Assembly: GCA_963806225.1 (NCBI GenBank)
Contig: CAWDXG010000004.1
Coordinates: forward strand, 1,760,001-1,824,000
Length of the DNA stretch: 64,000 nt
Direction of reading: 5' to 3'
Origin: an uncultured delta proteobacterium
GTDB taxonomy: Bacteria; Myxococcota_A; Polyangia; Polyangiales; Polyangiaceae
Positions 20,057-29,161 of the stretch are shown here, in pieces (position 1 is the first letter of the stretch; each line of letters starts with the position of its first letter). Under the pieces are notes generated by a model. That model made no database searches. It had not been told where the DNA came from and worked only from the letters and a program-made list of their open reading frames with translations. The translations under genes and the position numbers were made by a program.

Positions 20057-20638
20057 CTAGCCGCGACGCTTGCGCCTGGCACGCGCTTTGCGCGGCTGGG
20101 GCGCCTCGGCCGCACCCAGCTCGCCGAACGCGCGATCATCGGAGGGCGCGTCCAGCATCGCGCTGCCATCGGAAGCGTCGGAGGCAGCATCGGAGGCAGC
20201 GTCGGACGGAGCGGCGTCGTTCATCTGGCCGCCGAAAGCGCCCGCCGCGACGCCCATGTAGCCGCCGTTGCCGCCGACGCCGCCGAAGCCGGCTGCGGCC
20301 ACGGTCGGCATTCCCGCGGTTCCGCCGACGCCGCCGAAGCCACCCGCGGCGACGCCCATGTAGCCGCCGTTGCCGCCGACGCCACCGAAACCGGCCGCGG
20401 CCACTCCCTGCAATCCCCCGGTGCCACCGTACGCGCCGGCCGCGACTCCGCTGTAGCCGCCCGCCGCGACCCCGTAGTAGCCGCCCGTGCTGCTGCTGCC
20501 CCCGTCGAGACTCCCGGAGCCGGCGGTGCTGCACGCAGCAATTGCGCAGAGCGGCACCACTGTCGTCACGCACGCCGTCCGCAGTAGCGCCCGGGGGACG
20601 AATGCCCGGCGCGAGCTCTTCTGTCTGGTCTTCGCCAT
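20057..20638 (-). CDS. Repeat peptide / possible Tat lipoprotein (six VAAxx[F/Y] cores)
   Basis: GGAGG RBS, SRRAFV, IAAC, cores GVAAGGY, GVAAGAY, GVAAAGF, GVAAGGF, TVAAAGF, GVAAGAF. Confidence 0.7.
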   Translation of the reverse strand: MAKTRQKSSRRAFVPRALLRTACVTTVVPLCAIAACSTAGSGSLDGGSSSTGGYYGVAAGGYSGVAAGAYGGTGGLQGVAAAGFGGVGGNGGYMGVAAGGFGGVGGTAGMPTVAAAGFGGVGGNGGYMGVAAGAFGGQMNDAAPSDAASDAASDASDGSAMLDAPSDDRAFGELGAAEAPQPRKARARRKRRG

Positions 20639-20699
20639 GATGCCTCCGCTGTCCCAGAGTCTCACATCGCTGCGCGGGAAGCGATGGAGATGACGGACG

Positions 20700-21239
20700 T
20701 CAAGGTTTCGAGCCAGCAGCGGCACTCCCTGCCGGCCGTGGATCGAGCAGAGGTACCGTTTCTCCGGGCGTCTTGGGGATCTGCACGAAATCGTGGCCGG
20801 TGGCGGCGTGGCACGCGTTGCAGATCCCGGCCGTCTCCGCGAACGCCTTGGCGACCGCCGTGCCGTCCCGATCCTGCACAGCCTTGTCCAGTGCCGGCAG
20901 CCGTTGCTTGTCGAGGTCGGCGAGCAGCGCGGCGAGCTTCTTGGGATCGCCCTTCCTCGGCGGCTGGGCGCGCGGCAGATCGTCGTGAAGCGCTTCGCCT
21001 AGCTCGCCGATTTCGTAGTGCGCGAGCCGGAAACGCTTCGCTTTCGCGGCACGTCCCATGAGCTCGAAGCGGTGCCCGATCTCCGACATCACATCGCCGT
21101 AGTGCGGTGAGTCGGGTGGCGAGGCCGCAGCGGACGCCGCTGCTGGAGGCGCGGCGGACGGGGCGGGCTTGCCGGACGGGGCGGACTTCGCGCAGCCGCT
21201 GGCGAGCGCCGCGATCAGCAGGACGGAGAGCTTCGACAT
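20700..21239 (-). CDS. Monoheme helical cytochrome c (cytochrome c'-like) lipoprotein
   Basis: GGAGG RBS, ASGC lipobox, helical body, C-terminal CNACH. Confidence 0.75.
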   Translation of the reverse strand: MSKLSVLLIAALASGCAKSAPSGKPAPSAAPPAAASAAASPPDSPHYGDVMSEIGHRFELMGRAAKAKRFRLAHYEIGELGEALHDDLPRAQPPRKGDPKKLAALLADLDKQRLPALDKAVQDRDGTAVAKAFAETAGICNACHAATGHDFVQIPKTPGETVPLLDPRPAGSAAAGSKP

Positions 21240-21325
21240 CGTGTGTCCTCCACGCGCAGTCGGTCCAGCTGCGCTCGGACAGGAGTAGGCGCCATCCCAT
21301 ACCAAGGCCAGCACGAGCCGAAAAA

Positions 21326-21365
21326 TGTGGCACTTTGCCACAGTGATCTGTGGCAAAATGCCACT
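21326..21365. promoter_or_regulatory. Tandem palindromic operator
   Basis: TGTGGCA-CTT-TGCCACA and TGTGGCA-AAA-TGCCACT, 23-bp period. Confidence 0.65.
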
Positions 21366-21424
21366 GCTAGCGTGCCGACCCGCCACGGCCGGCACGCTCT
21401 CTCCCGGTGTTGCGCGGTGCGTGC

Positions 21425-23692
21425 CTACGGCGCCGGCGCGTGGAACACGTCGATGTCGTAGACCTTGCCCGGTCCGTGACAGGTGGCGCAGCTCTCCACG
21501 CCGCCCGAGGTCGTCATGATCTCGGCGTGCGCGGCGGTGGAGTCCGCGTCGTGACACGAGGTGCACACGGAGGTGGTGGGCGGCGTGTACTTCTTGGTGC
21601 CCACCCAGTACGGGTCGTCGCAGTAGCCGTTGCTGTCCGCGCCGGCAGGCTCGCTGCAGGTGAACGTCTCGCTGAGCGAGGGCAAGAGGTCACTCGCGAG
21701 CGGCAGCCGCTGGCTGTTGTTCACGTGACAGGCGTTGCACTCGTTCTGCGGGCGCGGGTACCGAAGCTCGTTGATGTCGATGGGGCTGCCGCCGGGATTC
21801 GTCGTGCTGGGCGGCGGATAGCCTCCGAGCACGTACGGCTTGGTGTGGTTCTCGCCCATGTGGATGGCGTGGATCATCGCGCGGAAGTTCACCGTGTGCG
21901 CGACGATGGTGCTGCCCTCCATGCGCGCCACCCGCTCGTTGTTGTCGTTGTTCGGGTTGTGGCACATGATGCAGTACTGGGTGTTCGTGCGCGATCCGCC
22001 ATGAGCTTCGAGCGTGCCGTGGCAGTGGTCGCACTGCTGCGTCTCGACCACCGTGCGGCGCGGGACGGGCTTCGCGTCGGTCACGGCCACGTAGGCCACT
22101 GGGTTCAACGCGGCGTACTCGGGACCGTTCGGATCGGGCTGGATGTAGCCTTCCAGGCCAACCGCGTAGCTACCCTTGGCCGAAGACGGGATCGGCGAAG
22201 GGAACGTGTAGCGGAAATTCGAACCGTCCGCGACGAGGGTGCCCGTGCTGCCGCTGCCCTGGATCGTGTCCTGCCAGTACTGCGCGTAGTCCGTGGTGGG
22301 ACCGGCCAGCGTGACGCGCAGGCGGTCCAACGGGCTCGCGAGGATATCCCTGGGCTGCCCATCCACCGTGACGTTGAAGACGAGCTCGGGGGTCTGGCCG
22401 GGCGCCGTCTTGTCGACCTGGACGATGTTGAGCACGAGCTTCGGGCTCGAGGGGTCGGTGTACTGGGTCAGGTGCTTCTGTTCGATGGGAGCCTGGGCGT
22501 TCTTCCCGTGGCAGACCAGGCAGAGGCTGTCGTCTTTCTGCTCGCCGCCGATGTGCTTGATCATGCCGGTGGGGATTGCCGTCTGGTCGCCGAACCAGAG
22601 ATCGTCATGACAGGAGCCGCAGGCGGCACGGCTGGGGTTCGTATTCCAGTGATCGCCCTGCTTGGCGCCCTGGTGGCACTTGTTGCAGTCCTGGACCGGC
22701 TGCGGGAATGCGACGGTCGAGTAGTCGTTCACGCCCTGCTGGTAGCCGATGATCTGGTAGGGCGTGCCGCTCTGCACGCTGGGCAGATTGGCTCCGTCGT
22801 GGATCTTGTGGATCATCACCTTGAAATCGACCGTGTTGCCCGTGTCCGGGTCGATCACGTCCTTCGTGTGGCACATCACGCAGAGCTTGGTGTCGCGTCG
22901 CGCGCCCCCGTGGGCTTCGAGCGTGCCGTGGCAGCCGTTGCAGTTGTCGGTCAGGACGACTTCGCGCTCGAGCGGCGTGCCGCCCGCCGGCACCCAGCTG
23001 TAGGTGTCGTTGGACACGTACTCGTTGTTGTCGTAGCTGCGGGTCGCGTAGGCGCCGACCTTCTGCGTCTTCGCGTTGTCGGCGATGGTGATCTTGGTGC
23101 CGAACTGGTATTCGTACTCGCCGTTCCGCACGTCGACCGCCGTGAAGGTGCCGCCGCTGTCGGTGGACGGCTGCGTGGCGGTCTTGTTGGTGATGGGGCT
23201 GGTCTGGTCGCGCGTGGTGTACGCGACGTACTGGGTGGGGTTTCCGTTGGCGTCGGTGTCGAGCCAATCCATGATGAAACGAACGGTGACCGCACCGGGG
23301 GTCAGCGTGCCGTCGATGTCGAGCGGCGTGCCGTTGTCGTCCGTCAACTGGAAGTGAACGGTCGCCAAGCCGTTGGCGTCGACGCTCGCGTCCTCGATCT
23401 TCATCTTGAGCCCGGGCCCGGCCGCCCACGGTCCCAGACCCGGCTGCCCGGCTTCGCCGGGCGGACCGGCCTCGCCGGACGGACCCGCTTCGCCCGGGAG
23501 CCCAGGCGGTCCTGCCTCACCCGCTGGGCCGGTCGGGCCAGCGGAACCCATCTCTCCTGGCGGCCCCTGCGAGCCCTGTGGGCCGGTCGAACCACTGCAC
23601 GCGCCCACGAGGGCGCCGGCGGAGATGGCCGCAACGGCTGCCAGGCGCAGCCAGATCTGGTGCGGGAGCCTAGTCTTCGATGAGCTTGCCAT
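21425..23692 (-). CDS. mtrC: OmcA/MtrC-family decaheme lipoprotein with collagen-like stalk
   Basis: VGAC lipobox, 17 G-X-Y triplets, 5+5 CxxCH separated by a beta-rich domain, HGG.R, MIHKIH/MIHAIH. Confidence 0.9.
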   Translation of the reverse strand: MASSSKTRLPHQIWLRLAAVAAISAGALVGACSGSTGPQGSQGPPGEMGSAGPTGPAGEAGPPGLPGEAGPSGEAGPPGEAGQPGLGPWAAGPGLKMKIEDASVDANGLATVHFQLTDDNGTPLDIDGTLTPGAVTVRFIMDWLDTDANGNPTQYVAYTTRDQTSPITNKTATQPSTDSGGTFTAVDVRNGEYEYQFGTKITIADNAKTQKVGAYATRSYDNNEYVSNDTYSWVPAGGTPLEREVVLTDNCNGCHGTLEAHGGARRDTKLCVMCHTKDVIDPDTGNTVDFKVMIHKIHDGANLPSVQSGTPYQIIGYQQGVNDYSTVAFPQPVQDCNKCHQGAKQGDHWNTNPSRAACGSCHDDLWFGDQTAIPTGMIKHIGGEQKDDSLCLVCHGKNAQAPIEQKHLTQYTDPSSPKLVLNIVQVDKTAPGQTPELVFNVTVDGQPRDILASPLDRLRVTLAGPTTDYAQYWQDTIQGSGSTGTLVADGSNFRYTFPSPIPSSAKGSYAVGLEGYIQPDPNGPEYAALNPVAYVAVTDAKPVPRRTVVETQQCDHCHGTLEAHGGSRTNTQYCIMCHNPNNDNNERVARMEGSTIVAHTVNFRAMIHAIHMGENHTKPYVLGGYPPPSTTNPGGSPIDINELRYPRPQNECNACHVNNSQRLPLASDLLPSLSETFTCSEPAGADSNGYCDDPYWVGTKKYTPPTTSVCTSCHDADSTAAHAEIMTTSGGVESCATCHGPGKVYDIDVFHAPAP

Positions 23693-23932
23693 AGGGTAGA
23701 TCCTGATCGATGGTGCGATGTCTGCGCGGCAAATTACCTGGACCCGCAAGAATTTCGTGAATTCTCCCAACGTGCTGCGCGTTCGGATTGGTTGCGAAGA
23801 TCGCGCCAGACTGGCGACCACGGGGGCACAAACCTCGTGCCGGCCGGAACGAGCCACATTCCACGTGGGATAGGGCGTTCCGTCGCGCCACACAAGTCCA
23901 AATCCCACCGGCGTCAGCAGTCCGTGAAGCGG

Positions 23933-23948
23933 GGGCACGTCTGATGCT
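23933..23948 (+). promoter_or_regulatory. sigma54 -24/-12 motif (weaker)
   Basis: GGGCACGTCTGATGCT before the four-gene porin operon; would give a very short leader. Confidence 0.45.
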
Positions 23949-23963
23949 AGAGTGCGCCCCGAA

Positions 23964-24821
23964 ATGAAGATGGCATATGTGCTCGGTGTGGCGCTCGTCG
24001 GGGCCGCCGCAGCCGGCTTCGTAGTAAACAGGGCACACAAACAGAGCTCGATCGCGAACGAGCCAGCCACTGCGGCGGCAGCCGCGGCTCCGGCTCCGGC
24101 TTCACCGCAGGCCGACGACACGCCCGGCTCTGCGCTGACCGGCAAGGTGCTCGAAACGATGGACGTGCCGAACTACACGTACCTCCACCTCGACACTGGC
24201 TCCGCCAAGGTGTGGGCAGCGGTGCCGCAGGTGAAGGTCGACAAGGGCAGCACGGTCACCGTCTCGAACGCGATGAAGATGCAGCAGTTCCGCAGCAAGA
24301 CGCTCAAGCGGACCTTCGACGTCATCTACTTCGGCTCGATGGGCGATGGCGCCGGCAGCGCCAGCGCTGGCAATCTGCCGGCGGGTCACCCCAACGTGGG
24401 CAGTGGCAGTCCGATGGCCGCTGGGATGGGCCAAGGCATGATGCCCCAGGGACACCCGCAGGTCGGCGCGGCCGATCCGGCTCCGACGGATCTGCCCAAG
24501 GTCGAAAAGGCCAAGGGCAAGAACGCCGAGCGGATTGGTGACGTTCTCGCGGCGCGCAAGAAATTCGCCGGGAAGGTCCTCCGGATCCGCGGAGTCGTCG
24601 TCAAGGTCACGCCGGGCGTCAAAGGCAAGACATTCCTGCACCTCCGCGACGGGAGCGGCGACGCCTCCAAGCACGAGAACGACCTGGCCGCCACAACCCA
24701 GGCCGTGCCCAAGCAGGGCGACATCATCACGCTGGAAGGCACGCTCGGCACCGATGTCGACATCGGGATCGGGTACCACTATCCGGCGCTTCTCCAGGAC
24801 GCGAAGGTCGTGGACAACTAG
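23964..24821 (+). CDS. NrfJ-like / OB-fold exported protein
   Basis: [27 protein letters not shown] and MPQGHP; second OB-like domain. Confidence 0.7.
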   Translation: MKMAYVLGVALVGAAAAGFVVNRAHKQSSIANEPATAAAAAAPAPASPQADDTPGSALTGKVLETMDVPNYTYLHLDTGSAKVWAAVPQVKVDKGSTVTVSNAMKMQQFRSKTLKRTFDVIYFGSMGDGAGSASAGNLPAGHPNVGSGSPMAAGMGQGMMPQGHPQVGAADPAPTDLPKVEKAKGKNAERIGDVLAARKKFAGKVLRIRGVVVKVTPGVKGKTFLHLRDGSGDASKHENDLAATTQAVPKQGDIITLEGTLGTDVDIGIGYHYPALLQDAKVVDN

Positions 24822-24844
24822 AGGAGGACCGATCCTCGAACAGA

Positions 24845-26323
24845 ATGGGTAGCGGGGGGGAGCTTCAAGACTGGGAGCTTTTGGTGAGCTCGAGCGCCGG
24901 TGGCCGGGAAAACAGACGTAGCTCTCTCGTCGGATCGCTCCGGCACGGCGTTCATTTGTCGTGCGTGTTCGGTGGCGTTGCCCTGGCGGTCGTGCTCGCC
25001 CCGGCGGCGGCGCGTGCCGAGCCACCGCCACAACCCGATACGGACACGTATTCCGTGCACGCCCGGAGCGCGACCTATCTCCAGCTCTACCAGCGTGCAC
25101 TCTTGCCCGGACCGGACGGCGCGATCGTAGCGACGACCACACCGGCACCGGCGACCGAGTACGTGTCGTTGAGGGCCGACGATATCGACGCTCCCTGGAA
25201 GAAGGACAGCCTCGACTTCGAGCTCAGCGCCTGGGGCGACGCGCTGATGGGCGAGGCCGGACAGACCGACCGGCGCATCGACGGCGATCTGCAGACGGCC
25301 AACGTGCGGTATCGGGCAGGGCCGGGCTGGGTGCGTCTCGGACGCCAGGTCTATGCGGGCGGTGCCGCCCGCTTCAGCCGCTTCGACGGTCTGTCCGGCG
25401 GCGGAAAGCTCTCGATGGGGCTCGGCGGCGAGCTCTACGGCGGCCTCTCGGTGCTGCCGCGCTGGGACGCGCGTCCCGGCTACTACCAGCTCGGCAGTGC
25501 AAGCGACACGCTGCTGCGCGATCCCCAGGCGCTGCCGGAACCGAGCCGTTCGGGCTATTGGCTCGCGGGCGGGCGCATCTTCTACGACAAGGGTCCAGTG
25601 ATCGCCGGCCTGTCGATGCACGAGCAGCACGACGGCGGCGAGCTCGCGCGCCGCAACCTCGGCGCCGACCTCAGGCTCACGCCGTTCGACAAGGCCAGTC
25701 TGGGCGGTACTGCCCTGCTCGACCTGGACAGCGGCGGTCTGGCCGACGGTCGGGTCTGGATCGACTCCACGCCGCTCGAGCACGTGAGCCTCGGCGGCGA
25801 GTTCCTGCACACCGAGCCAGCGCTATTCCTGTCACGGCAGTCCGTGCTCAGCGTGTTCAGCACGGACAAGTTCGACGAGCTCGGCAGCACGGCGTCGTGG
25901 CAGCTCGACAAGGTGGTCGGGCTCGAGGGCGGCGGCTACATCGAGCTGTACTCGGACGGGAGCAAGGGCGCGCGCGGCAGGATCGCCGTCAAACTGACAC
26001 CGGACCAGGACGGCAACACGCTGCTGCGCCTGGGCTACACGCGGGTGCGCGCCGTCGACAACGGCTACCACTCGATCCGTGACTCGCTGCGCCAGCGCAT
26101 TGCGCGGACTGTTTCCGCCACTGCCGAGGCGTATCTCTACGTGTACGACCAGGCGATCCGCGGCTACAACGTCTCGAGCGTGTACGCGGGTACGGTCGAG
26201 TGGGACCCGCGCTCCGACCTCGGCCTGATGTGGGGCGCGTCGTTTGCAGACTCCCCGTACGCACGGGCGGACGTCCAGACGCTGCTCAGACTGAGCTACA
26301 ATTTCGATCGGGAGGCGCCATGA
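24845..26323 (+). CDS. Outer-membrane beta-barrel porin associated with multiheme cytochromes
   Basis: AARA signal end, amphipathic strands, C-terminal LRLSYNF; ATGA-coupled to next gene; true start may be GTG 24965. Confidence 0.75.
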   Translation: MGSGGELQDWELLVSSSAGGRENRRSSLVGSLRHGVHLSCVFGGVALAVVLAPAAARAEPPPQPDTDTYSVHARSATYLQLYQRALLPGPDGAIVATTTPAPATEYVSLRADDIDAPWKKDSLDFELSAWGDALMGEAGQTDRRIDGDLQTANVRYRAGPGWVRLGRQVYAGGAARFSRFDGLSGGGKLSMGLGGELYGGLSVLPRWDARPGYYQLGSASDTLLRDPQALPEPSRSGYWLAGGRIFYDKGPVIAGLSMHEQHDGGELARRNLGADLRLTPFDKASLGGTALLDLDSGGLADGRVWIDSTPLEHVSLGGEFLHTEPALFLSRQSVLSVFSTDKFDELGSTASWQLDKVVGLEGGGYIELYSDGSKGARGRIAVKLTPDQDGNTLLRLGYTRVRAVDNGYHSIRDSLRQRIARTVSATAEAYLYVYDQAIRGYNVSSVYAGTVEWDPRSDLGLMWGASFADSPYARADVQTLLRLSYNFDREAP

Positions 26324-27378
26324 CGGCTTCCCGGGTGCGCACGCTGCTCCTGGTGGTGGCCCTCGGGCTGAGCGCGCTTGTGGCGTGCAGCGGAAGCCGA
26401 GCGCATTTCTCCCACGAGTACCACCTGACGCGGATCGCGTGCGGGGGTCCCGGCCAGCCCCGGTGCCTGAACTGCACCAGCTGTCACAAGGTCGACAAGA
26501 CCAACCACATGCTCCCGAGGGTGACCGCCTGCCGCAACTGTCACAAGCCGGCCGAGCAGACCACGCTCGCCGCGGTGCATCCGGCGCCGAATGACGACCT
26601 CCAGTTCGCGGAGTCGCTGCGTTTCTCGCACGAGCAGCACCTGAAGATGCCGGCTCTGTCCGGCCAGTGCGTCCCCTGCCACGCCGGCGTGGTCCCGCCC
26701 GCCGACGACCCGCAGGCCAGCGTGTTCCCGCCGATGAAGCGCTGCTTCAAGTGCCACGAGCACCAGCAGCAGTGGGACCAGGCCAAGTGCACCGCGTGCC
26801 ACGAGCAGAAGGCGATGTCGCAGGTGATGCCGCAGAGCTTCCTCCGCCACAACCAGGGCTGGATGCGGCATCACGGGACGATGGCGCGCGAGAAGCGCCA
26901 GATCTGCTCGCAGTGCCATAGCCAGCAGCAGTGCAACGACTGCCACGACGTGACGCAGAACCTCAAGATCGAGGACAGGCAGCCGGAAGCCATCAAGCGG
27001 CACTTCGTGCATCGCGGCAACTGGCTCAGCGTGCATCCGATCGAAGCGAAGTCCCAACCCCGGCGCTGCCTGAGCTGCCACACCGAAAAGAGCTGCGACG
27101 GCTGCCACGTGCGCCACGGCGTGAGCGCCAACGCCGTCCGGGGCGCCAACCCGCATCCGCAGGGCTGGGTCGGCGGCGATCCGAACAATCCCGACTTCCA
27201 CGGGAAGGCGGCGCGCCGCGACATCCTCACCTGCGCCGGCTGCCACGACCAGGGCCCCGCCACCAACTGCATCCGCTGTCACAAGGTCGGCGGCCCCGGC
27301 GGCAACCCCCACCCCCACGGTTGGAAGAGCGCTCGCTCGGACAACGCTTCGATGTGCAGGTACTGCCATGGCGGGTAG
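26320..27378 (+). CDS. Dodecaheme c-type cytochrome lipoprotein
   Basis: GGAGG RBS, LVAC lipobox, 12 CxxCH. Confidence 0.9.
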   Translation: MTASRVRTLLLVVALGLSALVACSGSRAHFSHEYHLTRIACGGPGQPRCLNCTSCHKVDKTNHMLPRVTACRNCHKPAEQTTLAAVHPAPNDDLQFAESLRFSHEQHLKMPALSGQCVPCHAGVVPPADDPQASVFPPMKRCFKCHEHQQQWDQAKCTACHEQKAMSQVMPQSFLRHNQGWMRHHGTMAREKRQICSQCHSQQQCNDCHDVTQNLKIEDRQPEAIKRHFVHRGNWLSVHPIEAKSQPRRCLSCHTEKSCDGCHVRHGVSANAVRGANPHPQGWVGGDPNNPDFHGKAARRDILTCAGCHDQGPATNCIRCHKVGGPGGNPHPHGWKSARSDNASMCRYCHGG

Positions 27379-29062
27379 AACGCACAATGTTGCCCTGACG
27401 GCGATCGTGGCGCTGGCCGGCGCCGCTGCAGCGCTGTTGCCGGCGTGCCTCGACCGCTACGGGCAGGACCAGACGCCGGCCAGCCGCCGCTGTTCGGCCT
27501 GCCACGGCGATGCGTCACGGCAGGGCACCCTGCTGCAGAAGGCGGCTCCGCCGTACGATCTGCACGGCAACACGACTAGCGAGTACCCCGGCGTCGGCGC
27601 CCACATGCGGCATCTGTACGCAGGCAGCACGCATGCGGCGATCGAGTGCAAGCAGTGCCACGTCGTGCCGAAGAATGTTACGGATCCCGGCCACGCCGAC
27701 ACGAAGCGCCCGGCCGAGATCACCTTCGGGTCGCTGGCGAGCGAGGGCAAGCACTCGCCCGAGTACAACTCGGCGATGCGACGCTGCTCCGACACGTACT
27801 GCCACCGCGACGCCGATCCGGTCTGGACGCATCCGCGGAGCGAGGCCGACACCTGCGGCACCTGCCATGCGCTGCCGCCGCCCAAGCCGCATCCGCAGGC
27901 GCCGGAAAACGACTGCGGCGTCTGCCACAGCGCGGTGGTCGACAGGAATCTCGCCTTCGTGCACCCCGAACGGCACGTCGACGGCAAGGTCGAGGTGCGG
28001 ACGCCCAAGTGCAACGAGTGCCACGGCAGCGCGAAGAACTTCGCCCCGCCGACCGACACCAAGGGCAACACATCGCCCACGGCCCCCGGCGTCGGCGCCC
28101 ACCAGATCCACCTCGCGGGCGGCGACAACAGCCGGCCGCTCGAGTGCAAGGAGTGCCATCACGTCCCGACGGACGTGCTGGATCCGCTGCACATCGACGG
28201 TGCCGAACCGGCGGAGGTCATCTTCACGGGCGTTGCCGCGACGGACGGGCGTAACCCGGCGTTCGACGCGAAGTCGCTCACCTGCGGCAACACCTGGTGC
28301 CATTCGCCCGAGCCCGGCACCAGCAAGGCGTCGCCGGTGTGGAACTCGAACCCCGACAAGCCGCTGCCCTGCAATGGCTGCCACGGCACGCCGCCGGCAC
28401 CGCCCCACCCGCAGATGGACAACTGCTCGCAGTGCCACGGCGCCGTAGTGGGCAAGGACAACAAGACCATCGTCAACCGCGCGCTGCACGTGAACGGCGA
28501 GATCAACGTGGTGCTACCGACAGCCTGCAACTCGTGCCACGGCAGCGCGAACAATCCTGCGCCGCCGAAGGACCTCGAGGGCAACACGGCCACGACGGCG
28601 ATGGGCGTGGGCGCGCACCAGGCGCACCTTGCGGGCAGCAACTGGGCGCGCGCCGTGACCTGCGACGAGTGCCACATCGTGCCCAAGAACGTGAAGGACC
28701 CGGGTCACTTCGACTCGCCGCGCCCCGCGGAGCTCACCTTCTCGGGCACGGCGGTCTCGTTCGGCGCACAGCCCTCGTTCGACCCGGGCACCGGCACCTG
28801 CTCGAATGTCTATTGCCACGGCGACAGCTTCGTCGGCAGCCACGATTCAGGCGGGTCCCACACCAAGCCGGTCTGGAACCAGGTCGACGGCAGCCAGGTC
28901 AAGTGCGGAACCTGCCACGCGCTGCCGCCTCCGGCACCGCACCCGGTGCTGACCAGCAGCCAGGTCTGCTCGGACTGCCACAAGGACATCGCGCCGAACC
29001 TCACGTTCGTCCGCCCGGACCTGCACATCGACGGCCAGGTGACGTTCAACCTGCCGCCGTAA
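27368..29062 (+). CDS. 15-heme CxxxxCH/CxxCH-domain cytochrome lipoprotein
   Basis: LPAC lipobox, 12 CxxCH + 3 Cx4CH in three tandem modules. Confidence 0.9.
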   Translation: MAGRTHNVALTAIVALAGAAAALLPACLDRYGQDQTPASRRCSACHGDASRQGTLLQKAAPPYDLHGNTTSEYPGVGAHMRHLYAGSTHAAIECKQCHVVPKNVTDPGHADTKRPAEITFGSLASEGKHSPEYNSAMRRCSDTYCHRDADPVWTHPRSEADTCGTCHALPPPKPHPQAPENDCGVCHSAVVDRNLAFVHPERHVDGKVEVRTPKCNECHGSAKNFAPPTDTKGNTSPTAPGVGAHQIHLAGGDNSRPLECKECHHVPTDVLDPLHIDGAEPAEVIFTGVAATDGRNPAFDAKSLTCGNTWCHSPEPGTSKASPVWNSNPDKPLPCNGCHGTPPAPPHPQMDNCSQCHGAVVGKDNKTIVNRALHVNGEINVVLPTACNSCHGSANNPAPPKDLEGNTATTAMGVGAHQAHLAGSNWARAVTCDECHIVPKNVKDPGHFDSPRPAELTFSGTAVSFGAQPSFDPGTGTCSNVYCHGDSFVGSHDSGGSHTKPVWNQVDGSQVKCGTCHALPPPAPHPVLTSSQVCSDCHKDIAPNLTFVRPDLHIDGQVTFNLPP

Positions 29063-29087
29063 TAGCGCCGCCGCCCAGCGCCACGGA

Positions 29088-29152
29088 GGGCCGAAGGGCC
29101 GAAGCGCCGAAGCGCCGAAGCGCCGAAGGGCCGAAGGGCCGAAGCCCTTCGG
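29088..29152. repeat. 7 x 8-bp tandem repeat ending in a hairpin
   Basis: G[G/C]GCCGAA x7 (29088-29143); stem CCGAAGGGC/GCCCTTCGG; lies between convergent operons. Confidence 0.85.
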
Positions 29153-29161
29153 GTTCGGTCC

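Noticed and set aside
26320..27378. MtrA/DmsE call
   Set aside because: 12 hemes, a lipobox, and spacing unlike MtrA decahemes
29088..29143. Possible CRISPR array
   Set aside because: 8-bp units with no spacers, and no cas genes in the window
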